From the IMG/VR virus record IMGVR_UViG_2563366825_000008: a stretch of DNA of 6,528 nucleotides. One strand, 5' to 3'. How positions within the stretch are numbered: the stretch's first letter is position 1; every line of letters starts with the position of its first letter. The notes under the pieces were generated by a model. That model was not told the DNA's origin. It saw only the letters and a list, made by a program, of their open reading frames with translations, and ran no database searches. The translations under genes and the position numbers were made by a program. Below, in pieces: positions 1-6,528 of the stretch. This stretch comes from a virus. Lineage: Duplodnaviria; Heunggongvirae; Uroviricota; Caudoviricetes.

Positions 1-642
1 CCCTGCGTGAATATCTCCGGTGAGCCAGAGGATTATTTCCGGATGTCGCCGGAGGACTGGCTGCAGGCAGAAATGCAGGGTGAGATTGTGGCGCTGGTCC
101 ACAGCCACCCCGGTGGTCTGCCCTGGCTGAGTGAGGCTGACCGGCGGCTGCAGGTGCAGAGTGATTTGCCGTGGTTGCTGGTCTGCCGGGGGGCGATTCA
201 TAAGTTCCGCTGTGTGCCGCATCTCACCGGGCGGCGCTTTGAGCACGGGGTGACGGACTGTTACACGCTGTTCCGGGATGCTTATCATCTGGCGGGGATT
301 GAGATGCCGGATTTTCATCGCGAGGATGACTGGTGGCGTCACGGTCAGAATCTCTATCTGGATAATCTGGAGGCCACAGGGCTGTATCAGGTGCCGTTGT
401 CAGCGGCGCAGCCGGGCGATGTGCTGCTGTGCTGTTTTGGTTCATCGGTGCCGAATCATGCCGCCATTTACTGCGGCGACGGCGAGCTGTTGCACCATAT
501 TCCTGAACAACTGAGCAAACGAGAGAGGTATACAGACAAATGGCAGCGACGCACACACTCCCTCTGGCGTCACCGGGCATGGCGCGCATCTGCCTTTACG
601 GGGATTTGCAACGATTTGGCCGCCGCATCGACCTTCGTGTGA
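1..642 (+). CDS. K: Tail tip assembly protein K, 5'-truncated by the window edge; JAB/MPN (JAMM) metallopeptidase-like domain followed by NlpC/P60 cysteine peptidase-like domain
   Basis: Frame 1 is open from nt 1 (translation begins PCVNISGEPEDYF...) to TGA at 640-642. The Met at nt 7 in the ORF track is internal, not the true start. JAMM-type motif HSHPGGLPWLSEAD (H-x-H-x7-S-x2-D) is encoded at nt 100-141. A candidate NlpC/P60 catalytic Cys lies in GVTDCYTLF (codon 259-261), with downstream His in PNHAAIY (codon 457-459) and LLHHIPE. The product is recognised as lambda gpK-like from memory. Confidence 0.88.
   Translation, partial: PCVNISGEPEDYFRMSPEDWLQAEMQGEIVALVHSHPGGLPWLSEADRRLQVQSDLPWLLVCRGAIHKFRCVPHLTGRRFEHGVTDCYTLFRDAYHLAGIEMPDFHREDDWWRHGQNLYLDNLEATGLYQVPLSAAQPGDVLLCCFGSSVPNHAAIYCGDGELLHHIPEQLSKRERYTDKWQRRTHSLWRHRAWRASAFTGICNDLAAASTFV
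521..528 (+). promoter_or_regulatory. Candidate Shine-Dalgarno (GAGAGAGG) for gene I, lying inside the 3' end of K
   Basis: Purine-rich GAGAGAGG sits 11 nt upstream of the I start codon at 540. The spacing is on the long side. Confidence 0.35.
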
Positions 643-1211
643 AAACGGGGGCTGAAGCCATCCGCGCACTGGCCACACAGCTCCCGATGTTTCGTCAGAA
701 ACTGAGCGACGGCTGGTATCAGGTACGGATTGCCGGGCGGGACGTCAGCACGTCCGGGTTAACGGCGCAGTTACATGAGACTCTGCCTGATGGCGCTGTG
801 ATTCATATTGTTCCCAGAGTCGCCGGGGCCAAGTCAGGTGGCGTATTCCAGATTGTCCTGGGGGCTGCCGCCATTGCCGGATCATTCTTTACCGCCGGAG
901 CCACCCTTGCAGCATGGGGGGCAGCCATTGGGGCCGGTGGTATGACCGGCATCCTGTTTTCTCTCGGTGCCAGTATGGTGCTCGGTGGTGTGGCGCAGAT
1001 GCTGGCACCTAAAGCCAGAACTCCCCGTACACAGACAACGGATAACGGCAAACAGAACACCTATTTCTCCTCCCTGGATAACATGGTTGCCCAGGGTAAT
1101 GTTCTGCCGGTTCTGTACGGTGAAATGCGCGTGGGGTCACGCGTGGTTTCTCAGGAGATCAGCACGGCAGACGAAGGGGATGGTGGTCAGGTTGTGGTGA
1201 TTGGTCGCTGA
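540..1211 (+). CDS. I: Tail tip assembly protein I (223 aa); ubiquitin-like/beta-grasp N-terminal part ending in Gly-Gly, followed by a Gly/Ala-rich hydrophobic segment
   Basis: ATG at 540 to TGA at 1209-1211. The translation MAATHTLPLASPGMARICLYGDLQRFGRRIDLRVKTGAEAIRALATQLP... is recognised as lambda gpI-like. It overlaps the K 3' end by 103 nt in a different frame. Residues about 100-157 (nt 837-1010) form a GxxxG/AxxxA-rich hydrophobic stretch (GGVFQIVLGAAAIAGSFFTAGATLAAWGAAIGAGGMTGILFSLGASMVLGGVAQMLAP). Confidence 0.92.
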   Translation: MAATHTLPLASPGMARICLYGDLQRFGRRIDLRVKTGAEAIRALATQLPMFRQKLSDGWYQVRIAGRDVSTSGLTAQLHETLPDGAVIHIVPRVAGAKSGGVFQIVLGAAAIAGSFFTAGATLAAWGAAIGAGGMTGILFSLGASMVLGGVAQMLAPKARTPRTQTTDNGKQNTYFSSLDNMVAQGNVLPVLYGEMRVGSRVVSQEISTADEGDGGQVVVIGR

Positions 1212-1229
1212 TGCAAAATGTTTTATGTG

Positions 1230-1259
1230 AAACCGCCTCCGGGCGGTTTTATCGTTTAT
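1230..1259 (+). terminator. I-J intergenic stem-loop with downstream U-rich tract; possible weak intrinsic terminator, attenuator or RNA-stability hairpin
   Basis: Perfect inverted repeat AAACCGCC (1230-1237) / GGCGGTTT (1242-1249) around a 4-nt loop TCCG, followed by TATCGTTTAT. The 60-nt I-J spacer is otherwise unexplained. Confidence 0.35.
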
Positions 1260-1263
1260 GGAG
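1260..1263 (+). promoter_or_regulatory. Shine-Dalgarno (GGAG) for J
   Basis: GGAG lies 8 nt upstream of the J ATG at 1272. An in-frame TGA at 1266-1268 excludes a longer N-terminus. Confidence 0.6.
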
Positions 1264-1271
1264 CATGACGA

Positions 1272-4200
1272 ATGGGTAAAGGCAGCAGTAAGGGGCATAC
1301 CCCGCGCGAAGCGAAGGACAACCTGAAGTCCACGCAGCTGCTGAGTGTGATCGATGCCATCAGCGAAGGGCCGGTTGAAGGTCCGGTGGATGGATTAAAA
1401 AGCGTACTGCTGAACAGTACGCCGGTGCTGGACAGTGAGGGGAATACCAATATATCCGGCGTCACGGTGGTGTTCCGGGCCGGTGAGCAGGAGCAGACAC
1501 CGCCGGAGGGATTTGAATCCTCCGGCTCCGAGACGGTGCTCGGTACAGAAGTGAAATATGACACGCCGATCACCCGGACCATCACGTCGGCAAACATTGA
1601 CCGTCTGCGTTTTACTTTCGGCGTGCAGGCACTGGTGGAAACCACCTCAAAGGGGGACAGGAATCCATCGGAAGTCCGCCTGCTGGTTCAGATACAACGT
1701 AACGGTGGCTGGGTGACGGAAAAAGACATCACCATTAAGGGTAAAACCACTTCACAGTATCTGGCCTCGGTGGTGGTGGATAACCTGCCGCCGCGCCCGT
1801 TCAGTATCCGGATGCGCAGGATGACGCCGGACAGCACCACAGACCAGCTGCAGAACAAAACGCTCTGGTCGTCATACACCGAAATTATCGATGTGAAACA
1901 GTGCTACCCGAACACGGCACTGGTCGGCGTGCAGGTGGACTCGGAGCAGTTCGGCAGCCAGCAGGTGAGCCGTAATTATCATCTGCGCGGGCGTATTCTG
2001 CAGGTGCCGTCGAATTATACCCCGCAGACGCGGCAATACAGCGGTATCTGGGACGGAACGTTTAAACCGGCATACAGCAACAACATGGCCTGGTGTCTGT
2101 GGGATATGCTGACCCATCCGCGCTACGGCATGGGGAAACGTCTTGGTGCGGCGGATGTGGATAAATGGGCGTTGTATGTTATCGGCCAGTACTGCGACCA
2201 GTCAGTGCCGGACGGCTTTGGCGGCACGGAGCCGCGCATCACCTGTAATGCGTACCTGACCACACAGCGCAAGGCGTGGGATGTGCTCAGTGATTTCTGC
2301 TCGGCGATGCGCTGTATGCCGGTATGGAACGGGCAGACGCTGACGTTCGTGCAGGACCGACCATCAGATAAGGTGTGGACCTATAACCGCAGTAATGTGG
2401 TGATGCCGGATGATGGCGCGCCGTTCCGCTACAGCTTCAGCGCCCTGAAGGACCGCCATAATGCCGTTGAGGTGAACTGGATTGACCCGAACAACGGCTG
2501 GGAGACGGCGACAGAGCTTGTTGAAGATACGCAGGCCATTGCCCGTTACGGTCGTAATGTCACGAAGATGGATGCCTTTGGCTGTACCAGCCGGGGGCAG
2601 GCACACCGCGCCGGGCTGTGGCTGATTAAAACTGAACTGCTGGAGACGCAGACCGTGGATTTCAGCGTGGGTGCTGAAGGGCTTCGCCATGTACCGGGCG
2701 ATGTCATTGAAATCTGCGATGATGACTATGCCGGTATCAGCACCGGTGGTCGCGTGCTGGCGGTGAACAGCCAGACCCGGACGCTGACGCTCGACCGTGA
2801 AATCACGCTGCCATCCTCCGGTACCACGCTGATAAGCCTGGTTGACGGAAGTGGTAATCCGGTCAGCGTGGAGGTTCAGTCCGTCACCGACGGACTTAAG
2901 GTGAAAGTGAACCGGGTTCCTGATGGCGTTGCAGAATACAGTGTGTGGGGGCTGAAGCTGCCGACGTTGCGTCAGCGCCTGTTCCGCTGTGTGAGTATCC
3001 GTGAGAACGATGACGGCACGTATGCCATCACTGCCGTGCAGCATGTACTGGAAAAAGAAGCCATCGTGGATAACGGGGCGCACTTTGACGGCGACCAGAG
3101 CAGCACGGTGAATGGTGTCACGCCGCCAGCGGTGCAGCACCTGACCGCCGAAGTCACCGCAGACAGCGGGGAATATCAGGTGCTGGCGCGCTGGGACACG
3201 CCGAAGGTGGTGAAGGGCGTGAGCTTCCTGCTCCGTCTGACCGTAACAGCGGATGACGGCAGTGAGCGGCTGGTCAGCACGGCCCGGACGACGGAAACCA
3301 CATACCGCTTCACGCAACTGGCGCTGGGGAACTACAGGCTGACAGTCCGGGCGGTAAATGCGTGGGGGCAGCAGGGCGATCCGGCGTCGGTATCGTTCCG
3401 GATTGCCGCACCGGCAGCACCGTCGAGGATTGAGCTGACGCCGGGCTATTTTCAGATAACCGCCACGCCGCATCTTGCCGTTTATGACCCGACGGTACAG
3501 TTTGAGTTCTGGTTCTCGGAAAAACGGATTGCTGATATCAGGCAGGTTGAAACCACAGCCCGCTATCTTGGCACGGCGCTGTACTGGATAGCCGCCAGTA
3601 TCAATATCAAACCGGGCCATGATTATTATTTTTACGTTCGCAGTGTGAACACCGTTGGCAAATCGGCATTCGTGGAGGCTGTTGGTCAGCCGAGTGATGA
3701 TGCATCCGGCTATCTGGATTTTTTCAAAGGCGAGATAGGGAAAACCCATCTGGCTCAGGAGCTGTGGACGCAGATTGATAACGGTCAGCTTGCGCCTGAC
3801 CTGGCTGAAATCAGGACGTCCATTACGGATGTCAGCAATGAAATCACGCAGACCGTCAATAAGAAACTGGAAGACCAGAGTGCGGCAATTCAGCAGATAC
3901 AGAAGGTTCAGGTTGATACAAATAATAACCTGAACAGCATGTGGGCTGTGAAGCTGCAGCAGATGCAGGACGGACGCCTTTATATCGCGGGTATTGGTGC
4001 CGGTATTGAGAACACCCCTGACGGCATGCAGAGTCAGGTGCTGCTGGCGGCGGACAGGATTGCGATGGTTAATCCTGCGAATGGCAACACAAAACCGATG
4101 TTTGTTGGTCAGGGCGATCAGATATTCATGAACGACGTGTTCCTGAAACGCCTGACGGCCCCCACCATTACCAGCGGTGGAAATCCACCGGCATTTTCCC

Positions 4201-4751
4201 TGACACCGGACGGAAAGCTGACTGCTAAAAATGCGGATATCAGTGGCAGTGTGAATGCGAACTCCGGGACGCTCAACAACGTCACGATTAATGAGAACTG
4301 TCAGATTAAGGGGAAACTGTCAGCCAATCAGATTGAAGGCGATATTGTCAAAACAGTGGGTAAGGCTTTCCCGCGGGACTCCCGGGCACCGGAGCGGTGG
4401 CCATCAGGGACCATTACCGTCAGGATTTATGACGATCAGCCTTTTGACAGGCAAATTGTTATTCCAGCGGTGGCATTCTGCGGCGCTAAACATGAGCGGG
4501 AGAATAACGATATTTATTCGTCATGCCGCCTGATAGTGAAGAAAAATGGTGCTGAAATTTATAACCGTACCGCGCTGGATAATACGCTGATTTACAGTGG
4601 TGTTATTGATATGCCAGCTGGTCACGGCCACATGACGCTGGAGTTTTCGGTGTCAGCATGGCTGGTAAATGACTGGTATCCCACAGCAAGTATCAGCGAT
4701 TTGCTGGTTGTGGTGATGAAGAAAGCCACCGCAGGCATCAGTATCAGCTGA
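1272..4751 (+). CDS. J: Central tail fibre / host specificity protein J (1159 aa), tail tip protein with FN3-like internal modules and a variant C-terminal receptor-binding region
   Basis: ATG at 1272 to TGA at 4749-4751, with a good SD. The N-terminus [42 protein letters not shown]... and most of the first ~800 residues are recognised as lambda gpJ-like. The conserved stretch [60 protein letters not shown] is present. The C-terminal ~150 aa differ from my recollection of lambda J. Confidence 0.95.
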   Translation: MGKGSSKGHTPREAKDNLKSTQLLSVIDAISEGPVEGPVDGLKSVLLNSTPVLDSEGNTNISGVTVVFRAGEQEQTPPEGFESSGSETVLGTEVKYDTPITRTITSANIDRLRFTFGVQALVETTSKGDRNPSEVRLLVQIQRNGGWVTEKDITIKGKTTSQYLASVVVDNLPPRPFSIRMRRMTPDSTTDQLQNKTLWSSYTEIIDVKQCYPNTALVGVQVDSEQFGSQQVSRNYHLRGRILQVPSNYTPQTRQYSGIWDGTFKPAYSNNMAWCLWDMLTHPRYGMGKRLGAADVDKWALYVIGQYCDQSVPDGFGGTEPRITCNAYLTTQRKAWDVLSDFCSAMRCMPVWNGQTLTFVQDRPSDKVWTYNRSNVVMPDDGAPFRYSFSALKDRHNAVEVNWIDPNNGWETATELVEDTQAIARYGRNVTKMDAFGCTSRGQAHRAGLWLIKTELLETQTVDFSVGAEGLRHVPGDVIEICDDDYAGISTGGRVLAVNSQTRTLTLDREITLPSSGTTLISLVDGSGNPVSVEVQSVTDGLKVKVNRVPDGVAEYSVWGLKLPTLRQRLFRCVSIRENDDGTYAITAVQHVLEKEAIVDNGAHFDGDQSSTVNGVTPPAVQHLTAEVTADSGEYQVLARWDTPKVVKGVSFLLRLTVTADDGSERLVSTARTTETTYRFTQLALGNYRLTVRAVNAWGQQGDPASVSFRIAAPAAPSRIELTPGYFQITATPHLAVYDPTVQFEFWFSEKRIADIRQVETTARYLGTALYWIAASINIKPGHDYYFYVRSVNTVGKSAFVEAVGQPSDDASGYLDFFKGEIGKTHLAQELWTQIDNGQLAPDLAEIRTSITDVSNEITQTVNKKLEDQSAAIQQIQKVQVDTNNNLNSMWAVKLQQMQDGRLYIAGIGAGIENTPDGMQSQVLLAADRIAMVNPANGNTKPMFVGQGDQIFMNDVFLKRLTAPTITSGGNPPAFSLTPDGKLTAKNADISGSVNANSGTLNNVTINENCQIKGKLSANQIEGDIVKTVGKAFPRDSRAPERWPSGTITVRIYDDQPFDRQIVIPAVAFCGAKHERENNDIYSSCRLIVKKNGAEIYNRTALDNTLIYSGVIDMPAGHGHMTLEFSVSAWLVNDWYPTASISDLLVVVMKKATAGISIS

Positions 4752-4768
4752 ATTTTATAACCCATATA

Positions 4769-4795
4769 CGGGCGCCAGAAATGGCGCCTTTTTTA
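4769..4795 (+). terminator. Rho-independent terminator downstream of J
   Basis: Stem GGCGCCA (4771-4777), loop GAAA, stem TGGCGCC (4782-4788), followed directly by TTTTTTATT. On the minus strand the hairpin is not followed by a U-run, so it is + strand specific. Confidence 0.7.
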
Positions 4796-4807
4796 TTGCA
4801 GAAAAGC

Positions 4808-4813
4808 GAGAGG
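4808..4813 (+). promoter_or_regulatory. Shine-Dalgarno (GAGAGG) for lom
   Basis: GAGAGG lies 5 nt upstream of the ATG at 4819. Confidence 0.6.
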
Positions 4814-4818
4814 TAATT

Positions 4819-5418
4819 ATGCGTAAAGTTTGTGCAGCCATTTTGTCCGCAGCCATCTGTCTGGCCGTATCCGGTGCGCCTGCATGGGCGTCTGAGCAGC
4901 AGGCCACACTGAGCGCAGGGTATCTTCATGCCCGTACGAACGCTCCCGGCAGCGATGATCTGAACGGGATTAACGTGAAATACCGTTATGAGTTTACGGA
5001 CACGCTGGGGCTGATTACGTCATTCAGTTATGCCAACGCTGAAGATGAGCAAAAAACGCATTACAGCGATACCCGCTGGCATGAAGATTCCGTGCGTAAC
5101 CGCTGGTTCAGCGTGATGGCGGGGCCGTCTGTGCGCGTGAATGAATGGTTCAGCGCGTATGCGATGGCGGGTATGGCTTACAGCCGTGTTTCGACTTTCT
5201 CCGGAGATTATATCCGCGTAACTGACAACAAGGGGAAAACGCACGATGTGCTGACCGGAAGTGATGACGGTCGCCACAGCAACACGTCTCTGGCGTGGGG
5301 GGCTGGCGTGCAGTTTAACCCGACCGAATCCGTGGCCATTGATATTGCTTATGAAGGCTCCGGCAGTGGTGACTGGCGCACTGACGGTTTCATCGTGGGT
5401 GTCGGTTATAAATTCTGA
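4819..5418 (+). CDS. lom: Lom-like outer membrane protein (Ail/Lom/PagC/OmpX family 8-stranded beta-barrel), 199 aa with N-terminal signal peptide
   Basis: ATG at 4819 to TGA at 5416-5418. The N-terminus [24 protein letters not shown]|SEQQ looks like a Sec signal peptide with an AxA cleavage site. The C-terminus ...[28 protein letters not shown] ends in an aromatic residue (OMP beta-signal) and matches my recollection of the lambda Lom C-terminus. The position immediately after J is as in lambda. Confidence 0.9.
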   Translation: MRKVCAAILSAAICLAVSGAPAWASEQQATLSAGYLHARTNAPGSDDLNGINVKYRYEFTDTLGLITSFSYANAEDEQKTHYSDTRWHEDSVRNRWFSVMAGPSVRVNEWFSAYAMAGMAYSRVSTFSGDYIRVTDNKGKTHDVLTGSDDGRHSNTSLAWGAGVQFNPTESVAIDIAYEGSGSGDWRTDGFIVGVGYKF

Positions 5419-5444
5419 TTAGCCAGGTAACACAGTGTTATGAC

Positions 5445-5471
5445 AGCCCGCCGGTTCAGGCGGGCTTTTTT
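5445..5471 (+). terminator. Rho-independent terminator downstream of lom
   Basis: Stem AGCCCGCC (5445-5452), loop GGTTCA, stem GGCGGGCT (5459-5466), then a T-run to 5471. Confidence 0.75.
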
Positions 5472-5482
5472 GTGGGGGGAAT

Positions 5483-6528
5483 ATGGCAGTAAAGATTTCA
5501 GGTGTACTGAAAGACGGCACAGGAAAACCGGTGCAGAACTGCACAATCCAGCTGAAAGCTAAACGTAACAGTACCACGGTGGTGGTGAACACGCTGGCAT
5601 CTGAAAATCCGGATGAAGCCGGGCGTTACAGCATGGACGTTGAGTACGGTCAGTACAGCGTTATTCTGTTGGTGGAAGGGTTCCCGCCGTCACATGCCGG
5701 GACCATCACCGTGTATGAAGATTCCCGACCCGGTACGCTGAATGATTTTCTCGGTGCCATGACGGAGGATGATGCCCGTCCGGAGGCTCTGCGCCGTTTT
5801 GAGCTGATGGTGGAAGAGGTGGCGCGTAACGCGTCCGCAGTGGCACAGAACACGGCAGCCGCAAAGAAGTCAGCCAGCGATGCCGGCACATCTGCCCGTG
5901 AGGCGGCAACCCATGCGACTGATGCTGCAGACTCAGCACGCGCAGCCAGCTCGTCAGCCGGACAGGCCGCGTCGTCGGCTCAGTCAGCGTCTTCCAGCGC
6001 AGGAACGGCATCAGCAAAGGCCACTGAAGCATTAAAAAGTGCTGCCGCTGCAGAGTCCTCAAAAAGCGCGGCAGCTACCAGTGCCAGTGCCGCGAAAACG
6101 TCTGAAACGAATGCTGCAGCGTCACAACAATCAGCAGCCACTTCTGCATCCACCGCGACTACGAAAGCGTCAGAAGCTGCCATCTCAGCCCGGGATGCGT
6201 CGGCTTCAAAAGAGGCGGCAAAATCATCAGAAACGAACGCATCCTCGAGCGCCAGTAGCGCAGCTTCCTCGGCAACGGCGGCAGCAAATTCCGCGAAGGC
6301 GGCAAAAACGTCCGAGACGAACGCCAGGTCTTCTGAGACGGCAGCGGGACAGAGCGCCTCAGCTGCGGCAGGCTCAAAAACAGCGGCTGCGTCGTCTGCC
6401 AGTGCCGCGTCAACAAGTGCCGGGCAGGCCTCAGCCAGTGCCACCGCCGCCGGAAAATCGGCAGAAAGCGCCGCATCATCCGCTTCAACAGCCACAACGA
6501 AGGCTGGCGAAGCCACTGAACAGGCCAG
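5483..6528 (+). CDS. stf: Side tail fibre protein Stf, N-terminal part; 3'-truncated by the window edge and therefore absent from the ORF track
   Basis: ATG at 5483, preceded by a G-rich SD (GGGGGGA, 5474-5480). Frame 2 is open through the end of the window (about 348 codons). The translation MAVKISGVLKDGTGKPVQNCTIQLKAKRNSTTVVVNTLASENPDEAGRYSMDVEYGQYSVILLVEGFPPSHAGTITVYEDSRPGTLNDFLGAMTEDDARPEALRRFELMVEEVARNAS... is recognised as lambda Stf (orf-401)-like, followed by an Ala/Ser/Thr-rich low-complexity shaft region. Confidence 0.85.
   Translation, partial: MAVKISGVLKDGTGKPVQNCTIQLKAKRNSTTVVVNTLASENPDEAGRYSMDVEYGQYSVILLVEGFPPSHAGTITVYEDSRPGTLNDFLGAMTEDDARPEALRRFELMVEEVARNASAVAQNTAAAKKSASDAGTSAREAATHATDAADSARAASSSAGQAASSAQSASSSAGTASAKATEALKSAAAAESSKSAAATSASAAKTSETNAAASQQSAATSASTATTKASEAAISARDASASKEAAKSSETNASSSASSAASSATAAANSAKAAKTSETNARSSETAAGQSASAAAGSKTAAASSASAASTSAGQASASATAAGKSAESAASSASTATTKAGEATEQA
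6089..6329 (+). repeat. Degenerate in-frame repeats inside stf encoding A-A-K-[ST]-S-E-T-N-A motifs within an Ala/Ser-rich tract
   Basis: Three related ~30-nt units: GCCGCGAAAACGTCTGAAACGAATGCT (6089-), GCGGCAAAATCATCAGAAACGAACGCA (6215-) and GCGGCAAAAACGTCCGAGACGAACGCC (6299-), each encoding AAK(T/S)SETNA. Confidence 0.55.

Larger units (their letters stand above)
1..6528 (+). mobile_element. Lambdoid phage/prophage late-operon segment: tail tip assembly, central fibre and side fibre module (K-I-J-lom-stf), internal to the element with no ends in the window
   Basis: Gene order, orientation and translated products match the lambda K-I-J-lom-stf arrangement as recalled from memory. All genes are co-directional with short or overlapping junctions. 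No search was run. Confidence 0.9.

Noticed and set aside
224-1200. Overlapping ORFs 224-589(-), 278-514(+), 442-678(-), 803-1060(-) and 967-1200(+)
   Set aside because: They fall inside K and I in alternative frames or antisense. Their products are low-complexity and Arg/Pro/Cys-rich, and K and I already account for the region.
1211-1279. 22-codon small ORF ([22 protein letters not shown]) starting at an ATG overlapping the I stop and ending just inside J
   Set aside because: It has no SD and spans the intergenic hairpin. It is most likely a chance frame, though not formally excluded as a coupling peptide.
1256-3157. Minus-strand ORFs 1256-1645, 1688-1879, 1872-2117 and 2972-3157
   Set aside because: They are short, lie antisense within J, and have no start context or recognisable product.
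2364-3749. 461-aa minus-strand ORF
   Set aside because: It lies entirely antisense to the well-supported J coding sequence. The product is Arg/Cys/His-rich with no recognisable motif, typical of the open antisense frame of a GC-rich gene.
4255-4533. 92-aa + strand ORF in an alternative frame within J
   Set aside because: It is embedded in the J coding sequence out of frame, with no SD and an Arg-rich product.
4752-4818. Candidate sigma-70 promoter for lom (TTGCAG at 4796-4801, TAATTA at 4814-4819)
   Set aside because: The spacing between the hexamers is about 12 nt, far from the 16-18 nt optimum, and the -10 would overlap the start codon. It is not a credible promoter as it stands.
4744-5277. 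Minus-strand ORFs 4744-4929 and 5020-5277
   Set aside because: They are antisense to the J 3' end, the terminator and lom. The first would have to be transcribed through the lom start region, and neither has any supporting signal.
5429-5439. Short palindrome AACACAGTGTT between the lom stop and its terminator
   Set aside because: Eleven nucleotides is too short to distinguish from chance, and there is no second half-site or promoter context.
5650-6516. Minus-strand ORFs 5650-5889, 5706-6062, 5980-6516 and 6159-6497, including an Ala-rich 178-aa product
   Set aside because: All are antisense to the stf sense frame, which has a recognisable lambda Stf-like N-terminus. The low-complexity Ala/Ser-rich coding sequence leaves the reverse frames free of stops by chance.
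1-6528. Search for tRNA, rRNA, CRISPR repeats, IS inverted repeats or an att site
   Set aside because: No regularly spaced direct repeats, cloverleaf-like structures or terminal inverted repeats were seen. The window is fully occupied by phage tail genes.

Overview
The window reads as the distal tail-tip and fibre module of a lambda-like (lambdoid) phage or prophage from an enterobacterial host, with every gene on the + strand. In order: the 3' part of tail assembly gene K (a JAB/MPN plus NlpC/P60 peptidase, running off the 5' edge), tail assembly gene I (overlapping K by 103 nt in another frame), the 1159-codon central tail fibre / host-specificity gene J, a lom-like outer-membrane beta-barrel gene bracketed by two intrinsic terminators, and the 5' part of the side tail fibre gene stf. 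The stf reading frame is absent from the supplied ORF track because it has no stop codon inside the window. Identifications rest on recognising the translated products against phage lambda proteins recalled from memory, not on any search. J, Lom and Stf are mosaic relative to lambda as I recall it, with conserved scaffolds and diverged putative receptor-binding or surface-exposed parts. The most notable points are the variant J C-terminal domain, the terminator-insulated lom cassette, and the K/I pair (JAB peptidase alongside a ubiquitin-like protein with an internal Gly-Gly). No tRNA, rRNA, CRISPR array or insertion-sequence signature was seen. The minus-strand ORFs in the track all lie antisense to these genes and are judged spurious. 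Nothing here appears to be an entirely undescribed system.
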